A stretch of DNA of 64,000 nucleotides from a bacterium. Lineage in GTDB: Bacteria; Vulcanimicrobiota; Xenobia; Xenobiales; Xenobiaceae. How positions within the stretch are numbered: the stretch's first letter is position 1; each line of letters begins with the position of its first letter. Of the stretch, positions 16,901 to 24,714 are shown one piece after another. A program made the translations under genes and the position numbers. The DNA lies in NCBI GenBank assembly GCA_022839105.1, contig JALHDH010000006.1:9726-73725 (forward strand), written 5' to 3'. Under the pieces are notes generated by a model. The model was given only the letters and a program-made list of their open reading frames with translations. It ran no database searches and was not told where the DNA came from.

Positions 16901-19189
16901 GGAGCCGGGGAAGAGGAACTCTTCGCAGGTCCGGCCGCGCAGGAGGAAATCCTGGCCGGGCCGGCTCCCGAAGAAAAGCCCCAGGCCCCGGAATCGGGAG
17001 GCACTCTCGAGGAGGCCGGCCCTGCCCAGCCGCTCGCCGAGGTCCCGTCCCAGGCGCTTCCGGTCGAGGAACCTGTGCCGGCCCAGCCGGAACCGGTGGC
17101 GACCCTCGCCGAAGAGTCCGAGGTTCAGGCGGAGTCGGCCCTGGTCGAGCCTGAACCTGAGGCCCAGGTGGAGTCCATCGCCGAGGGTCTTGAGCCGGAG
17201 GCACCGGTGGCGGTTGCCGAAGGCCCGTCCCCCGCAGTGCAGGCCCCGGAACCTTCGGTGGCCGAGCCTCCGGCGGCCGAGACCTTGTGCTCGCTGGCCG
17301 TGGAGTCGGAGTTCGCCCCAGAGCAGATCCAGGAGGCCCGAAGGGTTCGTGAGAAGCTCGCGGGGGCCGATGTCACCACGGCGATCAGCGCCTATCGGCG
17401 CGCGGTCGAGGAATCGCCTGAAAACCTCATGCTCCGGACGGATCTGGCCGACATCCATCTGCGCTACGGCCTGCTGGATGATGCCGTCATGCAGTACCGG
17501 CAGATCCTCATGCGCAAGCCGGACTCGATTGCCCTGCGTCACCGACTGGCAGACGCATATCTCTGGAACGCCGAGTATGAGGAGGCCGCCTCGACCTTCC
17601 TGGAACTGGCGGATCTCCACGTCCGGAATGAGCGCGAGGCCGACGCCGTCGACATCCTGCAGTCGGTGTTGAGCCTGGATCCCAACCACTTCCTGGCTCG
17701 GCGTCGGCTGGTCGACCGCTTCTCGGGGCTGGGCCAGAAGGACCGGGCGGTCCACCACCTTCGCCAGCTCGCCGAGATCGCCCTGGCCCGGGGGACCGTG
17801 GAGGAGGCCATCGGGGCTTTCCAGCAACTGATGACCCTCTCGGATGACCCCACCTTCCAGGAGCGCCTGGCCCAGGTCTACGAGAATCAGGGCGAGGTGG
17901 CCCAGGCCCTGGTCAACTACCGGACCTTGGCCCAACGCTACCGGGAAGCCCACCTGTGGGATGAGGCCACCGGCGTCACCGAGAAGCTGGTGGCCCTGGA
18001 TCCGGACAACCTGGCCGATCGCCACGCGCTGATCGAGCTCTACGAGAGGCAGCAGCGCTTCGACCGGGTCCTGGAGGGGCGCTTCGAACTCGGGTGTCGC
18101 CACGAGGACCAGGGAGCCATCTCGGAGGCGACCATGCTCTTCGAGCTGGTTCTCGAGACGGATCCTGCCCACCACGAGGCACGCCGCAGGTTGGTGGACT
18201 GCCATCTGCGCAGCGGCGATCTGGCGGCAGCCCTGAAGAATTCCCAGCCACTGACCGAGCTGTACCTCGAGACCCGGGACACCGCTCCGGCCATCGACCT
18301 GTATCGGCGCCTGACCGAGGCCGACCCGAAGTCCCTGGAGCTCCGCCGTCGTCTGCTGGAATTCTACGAGATGGCCGGTCGGCACGAGGAGGCCCTCGAG
18401 CAGTTGCTGGTCCTGGCGGACCTGCACGAGGCCTCCGGGCGTGAGAGGGAGGCCGTCCAGGTCCTGCAGAGGGCCTTGGAGGTGGCTCCGACCCGCGACG
18501 ATCTGCACTATCGCCTCGCCCGCCTCTACGACGAGAAGCTGGGCAGCCTGCCCGGCGCCCTGAACGAGTTCCGCCGGGTCTTCGAACTGAACCCTGGCCA
18601 CACCGAGGCCATGGATCGCTATGCCCGACTGCTGATGGAACAGCGCAGGGCGCGCGAGGCCGCCGAGGTCCTCAACCGCCTGGTCGAGGTCCAGTCCGAG
18701 TCGGGAGGTCTCTCTCGAACCCAGATCCTGGGCGAGTACAAGGAGCGGATCCAGGCCGAGCCGACGGACTGGCAGACCCGATTCGTCTACGGCGAGCTGT
18801 GCTATTACCTCAACCAGGTCGAGGATGCCGTCGAACAGTTCCAGAAGACCCGTTCCGACCGGGATCACGAGCTGCGCTCCTACAACATGCTCGGCCTGGC
18901 CTTCGCCAAGAATCCACGCTTCGGGTTGGACCTTGCCGTGCGTCAGTTCCGCCGGGGTCTTGAGACCAAGGGCCATGCCGAGCAGGACTACCTGGAACTG
19001 CGTTACAACCTGGCGATGCTCCTGTACAAGAATCACCGCCTGCAGGAAGCCCTGACCGAGCTCAAGGACATCCTGGCGGTCGACGTGGCCTATCGCGATG
19101 TCGACGAGAGGGTGAGGCGGCTTCAGGAGGAGATCGCCGGGGGAGGGGGCGGGAAGACCTCCCGCCTGCCACCGCAAAGGGGAGCCTGA
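13988..19189 (+). CDS. 1733-aa TPR protein with central acidic Pro/Glu/Ala-rich repeat region
   Basis: The N-terminal ~330 aa and C-terminal ~700 aa are TPR-like (LELDPENAKA, ALDPTNPTA, SLDPNHFLA, ALDPDNLAD, ETDPAHHEA, ELNPGHTEA). The middle ~700 aa are low-complexity and acidic. Third codon positions are strongly G/C. GTG start; an ATG lies 8 codons downstream. Confidence 0.8.
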   Translation: MADDVRDLMREAESLIEERDWDAALEKLKRVLELDPENAKACERRAHAFAVRGMIKSVVQTYFRLMDILEARSELDPAIEVAGWIQRLDPQSDAARMRVIQILRKKGDQAEVVRRSRDLARLYIELGQGDQSISLLKSAQEADPENLEIGLELAEMFVSHGHIEEGAAQYRKVAGAFQEKGLVEKAAEAFRRMKVIVPDDPGVFFTLGKLFVTLGRFNEAEQEFRAILRHNLNHEEALLALGDVCQKKGQFRDAILAFNKILSINPQENTAKEKLGELYQAQGISQDAVKHYLAAAHSWQQLEEHPRAIKLYQRVLALDPTNPTACRELTNLGAPLTPDPGDFAPPAQPAPTPETGRSKSASQSSKNQSGETIQVPKKRRKGLESPDGSPPAGERVRKGLVRKEEAGGRGLTRKVGGKAGLVAASLEKPVLGRGGSGPRPGLMKPGLGLPGAEKPVLGGKRTLRRKDRVEEPPEEVFEEVFEEVFEEPVEEIVQAKPELPREAPAAAQPPEEVAPPAPLEEPLEFIEEAAPAIASEAPEIEQASLDSELTEAEAQVTPVEVAAPPRPSPVRPVMVVQARPGTLQVPPPVLFLAEPSLLPRIREQVVDAPDPEVLPWSPLTEVDEDQVRQARKKKTEAQVAQVPDEKKSGPIASRFGGSGGGLTFSGGSLLQGMRMAGGQKSRRPAARAEQPQEPPAEATPKTARPAAGRSPSAAGSLAERIARMRAEKDALEREQSGQVSSEEEAAPKPPAPPKVRPGTPPVARGRKALLGGTPSASPPVTAAPERIPAPQVTPAPGRIPAPQASDSVEAVAVEEAVPGPGRPAVVRAGRTALGKASTPVEAPAAVPAPEPVPPPQVPEPPLEVAAQPSEEPQAQVAPVLEEVPVGETASEESSQAVVEEDLLAGSASQAGLPVAAGEEELFAGAPSQAELPIGAGEEELFAGAPSQEELPIGAGEEELFAGPPSQEELQIGAGEEELFAGPAAQEEILAGPAPEEKPQAPESGGTLEEAGPAQPLAEVPSQALPVEEPVPAQPEPVATLAEESEVQAESALVEPEPEAQVESIAEGLEPEAPVAVAEGPSPAVQAPEPSVAEPPAAETLCSLAVESEFAPEQIQEARRVREKLAGADVTTAISAYRRAVEESPENLMLRTDLADIHLRYGLLDDAVMQYRQILMRKPDSIALRHRLADAYLWNAEYEEAASTFLELADLHVRNEREADAVDILQSVLSLDPNHFLARRRLVDRFSGLGQKDRAVHHLRQLAEIALARGTVEEAIGAFQQLMTLSDDPTFQERLAQVYENQGEVAQALVNYRTLAQRYREAHLWDEATGVTEKLVALDPDNLADRHALIELYERQQRFDRVLEGRFELGCRHEDQGAISEATMLFELVLETDPAHHEARRRLVDCHLRSGDLAAALKNSQPLTELYLETRDTAPAIDLYRRLTEADPKSLELRRRLLEFYEMAGRHEEALEQLLVLADLHEASGREREAVQVLQRALEVAPTRDDLHYRLARLYDEKLGSLPGALNEFRRVFELNPGHTEAMDRYARLLMEQRRAREAAEVLNRLVEVQSESGGLSRTQILGEYKERIQAEPTDWQTRFVYGELCYYLNQVEDAVEQFQKTRSDRDHELRSYNMLGLAFAKNPRFGLDLAVRQFRRGLETKGHAEQDYLELRYNLAMLLYKNHRLQEALTELKDILAVDVAYRDVDERVRRLQEEIAGGGGGKTSRLPPQRGA
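15407..15466 (+). repeat. In-frame 12-bp microrepeat (EEVF x3, then EEPV, EEIV)
   Basis: gaRgaRgtcttc is repeated head-to-tail and translates to EEVFEEVFEEVFEEPVEEIV inside the 1733-aa CDS. Confidence 0.8.
16682..16966 (+). repeat. Five in-frame tandem copies of a 57-bp (19-aa) unit, EEELFAGAPSQEELPIGAG
   Basis: Units occupy 16682-16738, 16739-16795, 16796-16852, 16853-16909 and 16910-16966. Units 2 and 3 differ at only a few nucleotides. There are no spacers and the array is coding. Confidence 0.85.
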
Positions 19190-19238
19190 GGCCCGCCCCC
19201 TGGGATTCCACCCCAACTGAGCGCAGACCGGAGAAGAC

Positions 19239-22200
19239 ATGGCAGACCGCAAGAAGATCGACACGCTGATCCAGCAAGGGGACCAGTTGGCGGCCCAGAA
19301 CCGCTGGGATCAGGCCATGGGAGCCTATCGGCAGGCCCTGGAGCTGGCTCCGGAGGACGTGCAGGTTCGGGATCATATCCTGGAGGCGGCCACCCGCCGG
19401 GGGGACTATGGCGAGGTCATCAGTCAGTGCATGGCCCTGGCCGAGCTCTTCGCCGCCCAGGGAGAGGCCGACCAGGCCATCGAGCGCTACAAGATCATCG
19501 TCAACCTCGAGCAGAGCGTGCGCAAGAAGGATTTTGGAGGGGAAGAGGCCTCCGAGATCCAGAACCGGGTGTCGCAGGTCAAGCCAGAGATCTTCTCGCG
19601 GATCGGGAAGTTCTACCTGGAGAAGGGGGAGCATGACGAGTCCGTAGCCTGGCTTCGCTCCAGCCTGGACATCGACCCCGGCCGATGGGATACCCATATG
19701 GCCTTGGGCCGCGCCCTCATGGCTCAAGGCAAGGACAAGGAGGCCATCGGCGAGTTCCAGGAAGTCGTGCGGCTGGCGCCCAATGAGGCTGCCCAGGCCT
19801 ATGAGATGCTCGGCGAGGTCTTCATCCGGGCCGGGCGGACGCCCCAGACCACGGTGGTCTGGTTCCGCAATGCCGGCGAGCTCTACATGCAGCGCAAGCA
19901 GATGGTCGACGCCATCCGCACCTATGAGCGCATCCTGGAATACGAGCCGCGCAACAAGGACATCCTGGTCAAGCTTGCCGAGATCTACGCTTCGGAGGGA
20001 CGCAGCGAGCAGGCGGTGGAGACCTATCGCACCCTCGCCGGCATCTATCAGGAAGAGGGTCTGCTCGACAAGGTGATCGGCTTCTACGAGAAGCTGCTGG
20101 ATTGCGATCCCCAGAATGAGGAAGCCCGCAATCAGGTCATCGACATCTATCGCAACATTCTGGCCAGGGATCCCTCGAATACCTCGGTGCGACTCCGCCT
20201 GGTCGAGAACCTCCTGCGCCGCGGCATGACCTCGGAGGCTGGCGAGCAGCAACTGGCGCTGGCCCGTTCCCACCTGGAACGCGGCATGATCGAGGAAGCG
20301 CTCCCGGTGGCGCGTAAGCTCCTGGAGTTGGACCCGGGCAATATCGAGGCCCGCAAGCTGATGGGGGAGATCTATCGGAAGAAGGACATGAACTCGGAGG
20401 CCTTGACCGAGTTCCAGCAGGTGGTCCGACTGTACCAGGATGCCGGGGACGAGAAGGCCGCCATGGACTTCCAGCATCGCCTGGTCGAACTCTTCCCCGA
20501 GGCCTCGGACCTGCAGTACCAGGTCGCCCTGACCTTGCGAAGCCAGGGGGATCACGAGGGCGCCGTTCGCGAGCTGATGCGCCTGCTGGGAGAGCGTCCC
20601 GAGGATCTGCTGGCCATGATCTATCTGGCCGAGGAGTATTCGGCCCTGAACCGCTGGGATGAGGCGGTGGAGACCTATCGCACGGTGCTGACCCAGGAAC
20701 CCGCTCGGCTGGATGTGCGCAAGCGCCTGGTCAAGCATTGTCTGGAGTCGGGACGCCTGGATGAGGCCGTCCAGGAGATCCAGGCCCTTCCTGAAGAGGA
20801 TTTCGAGCGGGGCAGCCTGCTGTGCCGGGTGATCGAGAAGCAACTGGCGGACGGCCTCCTGGAGGAGGTCGAGCGCAACCTGGATCGCCTTTCCGATGAG
20901 GACGAACGCAAGGTCGGCTTCCGCAAGGATCTCATCAAGAGATACCTGGATGCCAACGATCTGCAGCGGGCTGACGCGGCCATGCCCCTGGTCCCTCGCT
21001 CGGACAAGGAGCGCAACCGGCTGGTGACCCGGCTGATGGAGATGTACCTCAGTTCAGGGAACCTCGAGACGGCGGCAGAGCTGATCAACCGGCTTCCCGC
21101 CGAGGACCCCCTGCGGCTCTCCTTCCAGAGGCGCCTGATCGGGTCGTATCAGGAGAGCGGTCGCCTGGAGGAGGCGGCAGCCGAGCTGGCTCGCCTTCCG
21201 GAGGGTGACGAGTCCCGCCCGGACTTCCTGGCCCGGCAGATCTCCGGATTGCTCACGGCAGGCCGCCTCTCCGAGGCGATCCGCGAGATCGAGCGGCTTC
21301 CGGAGGGGGACCCGGCCCGAAACTCGTTCATGGGCCAGTTGATCGAGGCCTACCTGCAGAGCGGCGACATCGATCGGGCCGCCGAGGAGGTCGGCCGCCT
21401 CTCGCTGGAGGACGAGATCCGACCCCGCTACCGCCGCCGCATCATCCAGGCCTACCTCAACGCGAATCGCCTGGAGGATGCCGAGCGCGACATCCATGCC
21501 CTCGAGCCGGGGGACCCCGAGAAACGCTCCTTCCTGCGCCTGCTCTTGCAGAAATTCGAGGCCACCGGGCAGATGGATCGCCTGCGCGAGATGCTTCTGC
21601 ACCTTCCCGATGACATGAACGAAAAGCAGCAGTATCTCGACGGGATCCTGCACAACTATCTCATGTCGGGGAATCTGGCCCAGATGCGCCAGGATGTCTA
21701 CCAGGTGGCGGAGTCGGTTTCGGCCGCCGGGAACCACCAGGAGGCCGAGCGTCTCTATCGCCAGTTGCTGGCCTATCATCCCGCGGACGTCGAGATTCGG
21801 TTGCGCCTCTCCCATGAGGTGGCCTGTCAGGGCGAGCTGGAGCGCGCCCGGGAAGGCATGCTGGTCCTGGCCGGGCGTTTCCACCGCGAGGGGAATGCGA
21901 CTTCGGCCGCGGACATCTACAGCCGCCTGCTCGAGATCGATCCGGAAAACCTGAATGCCCGCTATCGATTGGGCCATATCTGGGCCGAGCACGGTCAGAC
22001 CGCCCAGGCTCTGGAGCAGTTCTCCCAACTGGCCAAGGTCTACATGCTCCAGAATCTCCCCGAGGTCGCCCAGAGGGTGCTCAACCGCATCCTCGAGCTC
22101 GAGCCCAAGGACATCCCTCACCGGCGTCAGTTGATCCAGTTGTTGACGCGGAACCTGAGGTTTGACGAGGCCACCGAGCACTATCGGATGCTTCTCGGCA

Positions 22201-23660
22201 TCCATCTGGATCGCGGAGAGATCGACGAGGCGAGGCTCTGCGTCCGCGAGATTGTCAACCTCCAGCCCCTGAACCTGGAACTTCGCCAGAGGCTTGGCGA
22301 GATGTTCCTCAAGGCGGGCTTCCTGGAGGAAGGCCAGAAGCTGATGGAGGAGCTGGCTTCGACCTACAAGGGCCGGGGCGATCACAAGCACGTGATCGAG
22401 GTCTTCTGGACGCTCTCGCGGACCTTCGAGGACAACCAGCAGTGGGAGACCGCGCTGGAGTATCGCGAACGGGTTGCCGACGAGCTGGTCGAAGCCGAGG
22501 ACTGGAAGGAGGCCCAGGAGCAGTACCTCCATACCCTGGAGCACTACCTGGTCCGGGGCCGCAAGGAACGCACGGATCCTCTCTTCGTCAAGCTGATCGA
22601 CGGCTTCTTCCGCCACAAGAACGTTCCCGAGGGCATCTCCCGCATCGAGCGCCTGGAGGAGTCCTTCCTGGATCAGGGGCGCAAGAGCACCTCGCTGATC
22701 GTCAAGGATCGTCTGGCCGGGATCATGGAGAGGATGGAGGAGTGGGACCGGGCCCTGGAGCTGGTGGAGGCCATCTCCAGCCGCTACCTGGAACTCGGCG
22801 AGCACGAGCAGGCCATCGCCTACTGCCGTCGCGGTGCGGATCTGGCCCTGAATCACCAGCGCGCCGATCACGGCATGGAACTGCTCTTCCGTCTGGCTGG
22901 ACTGGTCCTGGCCTATCGCGGCGTGGAGGCGGCCCGGCCGGTCCTGGAGGAGATCCGTCGGCGTTCCGGCGAGGAGATCCGGCTCCTGGAGCGCATCGGG
23001 GATCTGCTCTTCAATGCCGAGCACTTCGAAGAGGCCCGCCCCTACTACGACGAGGTCCTGCGCAAGGAGCCGGGCTGCGCCGGGGCCCTTTCGCGGGTGG
23101 CCATCATCTATGCCCGGCAGGAGCGTCTGGAAGAGGCTGCCGGCGTGGCCCGCCAGATCTTCGCCAAGGGTCTGGTGGGTCGGATCGTCAGCGAGTATCG
23201 CCAGGCGGTCGGCTATTCACCGGAGGATGCCGGTTCCCAGATCAAGATGGGCGAGTTCTATCGCCAGATGGGCTTCCTGGAGGAGGCCATCCAGGAATTC
23301 CACCGCGCTTCCCGGGACCCGGGCAAGATGCTCGAGGCGGTGAACCAGTTGGCCCTGGCCTTCAAGGAGAAGGGATATCGGGAACTGGCCATCCGCCAGT
23401 TCCTCAAGGCCCTGGATCAGCCCGGGTTCATGGATGAGGATCTCCTGGACCTGCGCTATAATCTCGGGCAGGTCCTGGAAGAGGAAGGGCGTTTCCACGA
23501 GGCCCTCCAGGCCTACCAGGAATGCTATGCTGTGGACATCCGCTTCAGGGATGTCTCGGACCGGATCGAGGTCCTCTTCGAGAGGCTGCAGTCCGGCTCG
23601 CAAGGCGGGAACCTCGCTGAGTATGGGGAACCTGCAGACAATTGGGGCAGAGAGGGTTAG
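19239..23660 (+). CDS. 1473-aa all-helical TPR protein
   Basis: TPR-like repeats run throughout (LELAPEDVQV, DIDPGRWDTH, EYEPRNKDIL, DCDPQNEEA, ELDPGNIEA, EIDPENLNA, ELEPKDIPH). A gap-free 9 x 34-aa array lies at ~20787-21704. RBS is GGAGAAG. Confidence 0.8.
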   Translation: MADRKKIDTLIQQGDQLAAQNRWDQAMGAYRQALELAPEDVQVRDHILEAATRRGDYGEVISQCMALAELFAAQGEADQAIERYKIIVNLEQSVRKKDFGGEEASEIQNRVSQVKPEIFSRIGKFYLEKGEHDESVAWLRSSLDIDPGRWDTHMALGRALMAQGKDKEAIGEFQEVVRLAPNEAAQAYEMLGEVFIRAGRTPQTTVVWFRNAGELYMQRKQMVDAIRTYERILEYEPRNKDILVKLAEIYASEGRSEQAVETYRTLAGIYQEEGLLDKVIGFYEKLLDCDPQNEEARNQVIDIYRNILARDPSNTSVRLRLVENLLRRGMTSEAGEQQLALARSHLERGMIEEALPVARKLLELDPGNIEARKLMGEIYRKKDMNSEALTEFQQVVRLYQDAGDEKAAMDFQHRLVELFPEASDLQYQVALTLRSQGDHEGAVRELMRLLGERPEDLLAMIYLAEEYSALNRWDEAVETYRTVLTQEPARLDVRKRLVKHCLESGRLDEAVQEIQALPEEDFERGSLLCRVIEKQLADGLLEEVERNLDRLSDEDERKVGFRKDLIKRYLDANDLQRADAAMPLVPRSDKERNRLVTRLMEMYLSSGNLETAAELINRLPAEDPLRLSFQRRLIGSYQESGRLEEAAAELARLPEGDESRPDFLARQISGLLTAGRLSEAIREIERLPEGDPARNSFMGQLIEAYLQSGDIDRAAEEVGRLSLEDEIRPRYRRRIIQAYLNANRLEDAERDIHALEPGDPEKRSFLRLLLQKFEATGQMDRLREMLLHLPDDMNEKQQYLDGILHNYLMSGNLAQMRQDVYQVAESVSAAGNHQEAERLYRQLLAYHPADVEIRLRLSHEVACQGELERAREGMLVLAGRFHREGNATSAADIYSRLLEIDPENLNARYRLGHIWAEHGQTAQALEQFSQLAKVYMLQNLPEVAQRVLNRILELEPKDIPHRRQLIQLLTRNLRFDEATEHYRMLLGIHLDRGEIDEARLCVREIVNLQPLNLELRQRLGEMFLKAGFLEEGQKLMEELASTYKGRGDHKHVIEVFWTLSRTFEDNQQWETALEYRERVADELVEAEDWKEAQEQYLHTLEHYLVRGRKERTDPLFVKLIDGFFRHKNVPEGISRIERLEESFLDQGRKSTSLIVKDRLAGIMERMEEWDRALELVEAISSRYLELGEHEQAIAYCRRGADLALNHQRADHGMELLFRLAGLVLAYRGVEAARPVLEEIRRRSGEEIRLLERIGDLLFNAEHFEEARPYYDEVLRKEPGCAGALSRVAIIYARQERLEEAAGVARQIFAKGLVGRIVSEYRQAVGYSPEDAGSQIKMGEFYRQMGFLEEAIQEFHRASRDPGKMLEAVNQLALAFKEKGYRELAIRQFLKALDQPGFMDEDLLDLRYNLGQVLEEEGRFHEALQAYQECYAVDIRFRDVSDRIEVLFERLQSGSQGGNLAEYGEPADNWGREG

Positions 23661-23667
23661 AGGAGTC

Positions 23668-24684
23668 GTGAAGAGCGAGTCTCGCGTGTTCGTCTGGAGA
23701 AGCCCCTCGGCCGGGCCGCCCGGCCTGGTCTGGGGGGGCATGCTCCTGGCCTTCCTGTCCATGTCCGGGACCTGTCTGGCCGGGTCGCCTGGAGGGGGTC
23801 TGGCCGATCGCGCCGGTACCCTGCTGGGCGCCTTCTGGGTCCTGGTCGTCCTCCTGGGGGCCCTGCTCATCTGGGAGTTCCTGGATCGCCGGGCCTCTGC
23901 TGAAGGGCCTCCCCTGACGGGCACGGGCACCGGGAGTCCGGCGGCGGGCGTGGCCGAGGGCGAGGCCCCGCTCGAGGAGGAGGAGGACCCGTTCAAGGCC
24001 CTGCTCAAGAAGACCGCAGCCCCCGAGAAGGAACCCGCAGCTCCCGAACCGGGTGGGACTCCGGAAGAGCTCCTCCCCACGCGGCCTCCGGAACCGGTCG
24101 CTGCGCCCCGGCTCGACGACCTCGAGGAACTCAGCCCCTTCCAGCGTCTGGCCCAGATCGGGACCGAGGAGGTCGGTGCGATTCCGCCTGTGCCCCCTGA
24201 GGCGCGCGTGGCTGCTCCCCCACCAGCCGCTGCCGCCTCTGGCGGGGGAGACTGGGCTTCCCTGCTCAGCAAGGTGCAATCGGAGGAGGAGCCCCCGGCT
24301 CCCTCGCGGCCCTTGTCGCTGAAGTCGCCCGAGGAGGACCCCTGGAAGAAGCTCCTGGGACAGACGGCTTCGACGGAGGCGCCCGGGACGCAGCCCCCCG
24401 AGGTCGAGGAGGACCCCTGGAAATCCCTTCTCACGAAGACCGCCTCTGAAGCCTCCGCTCCGGCTGGTCCCGAGTCGAAGGCTGCTTCGATGCCGGCCAC
24501 CCCGGAGCCGTCCGCCCCGCCGGCCCGGATCAAGCTGGGAACACCCCCGGCTTCGACGCCGCCCCCGCCCCCTTCCCAGGACTCTCCGGATACCGAAACC
24601 GGCCGTCCTCGCTCCATCTCCCTTGATCTCAAACGGGAGGAGGGGCGGACCATCCCGCCCCCACCCCAGACTGAAGACGAGTAG
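23668..24684 (+). CDS. Membrane-anchored Pro/Glu/Ala-rich protein with repeated [ED]P[WF]xxLL motifs
   Basis: GTG 23668 follows AGGAG (23661-23665). Two hydrophobic segments are present (GMLLAFLSMSGTCLAG; TLLGAFWVLVVLLGALLIWEFL), followed by a disordered tail. G/C-rich third positions support this frame. The ORF-track start at 23434 overlaps the preceding gene. Confidence 0.55.
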   Translation: MKSESRVFVWRSPSAGPPGLVWGGMLLAFLSMSGTCLAGSPGGGLADRAGTLLGAFWVLVVLLGALLIWEFLDRRASAEGPPLTGTGTGSPAAGVAEGEAPLEEEEDPFKALLKKTAAPEKEPAAPEPGGTPEELLPTRPPEPVAAPRLDDLEELSPFQRLAQIGTEEVGAIPPVPPEARVAAPPPAAAASGGGDWASLLSKVQSEEEPPAPSRPLSLKSPEEDPWKKLLGQTASTEAPGTQPPEVEEDPWKSLLTKTASEASAPAGPESKAASMPATPEPSAPPARIKLGTPPASTPPPPPSQDSPDTETGRPRSISLDLKREEGRTIPPPPQTEDE

Positions 24685-24714
24685 GCCCACAGTCTTTCCA
24701 GGAGGATTCGGAAC

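Noticed and set aside
16682-16966. Regular 57-bp tandem repeat that could be mistaken for a CRISPR-like array
   Set aside because: The units are contiguous with no spacers, are in frame within a long CDS, and encode a conserved acidic 19-aa peptide. No cas genes are present.
15080-19264. 1394-aa ORF on the minus strand, the longest alternative ORF in the track
   Set aside because: It is antisense to the 1733-aa TPR gene. The translation is Arg/Gly/Leu/Pro-rich low complexity with no motifs. Such ORFs are expected in high-GC DNA, where stop codons are rare in the antisense frame. The plus frame has recognisable TPR repeats and G/C-biased third positions.
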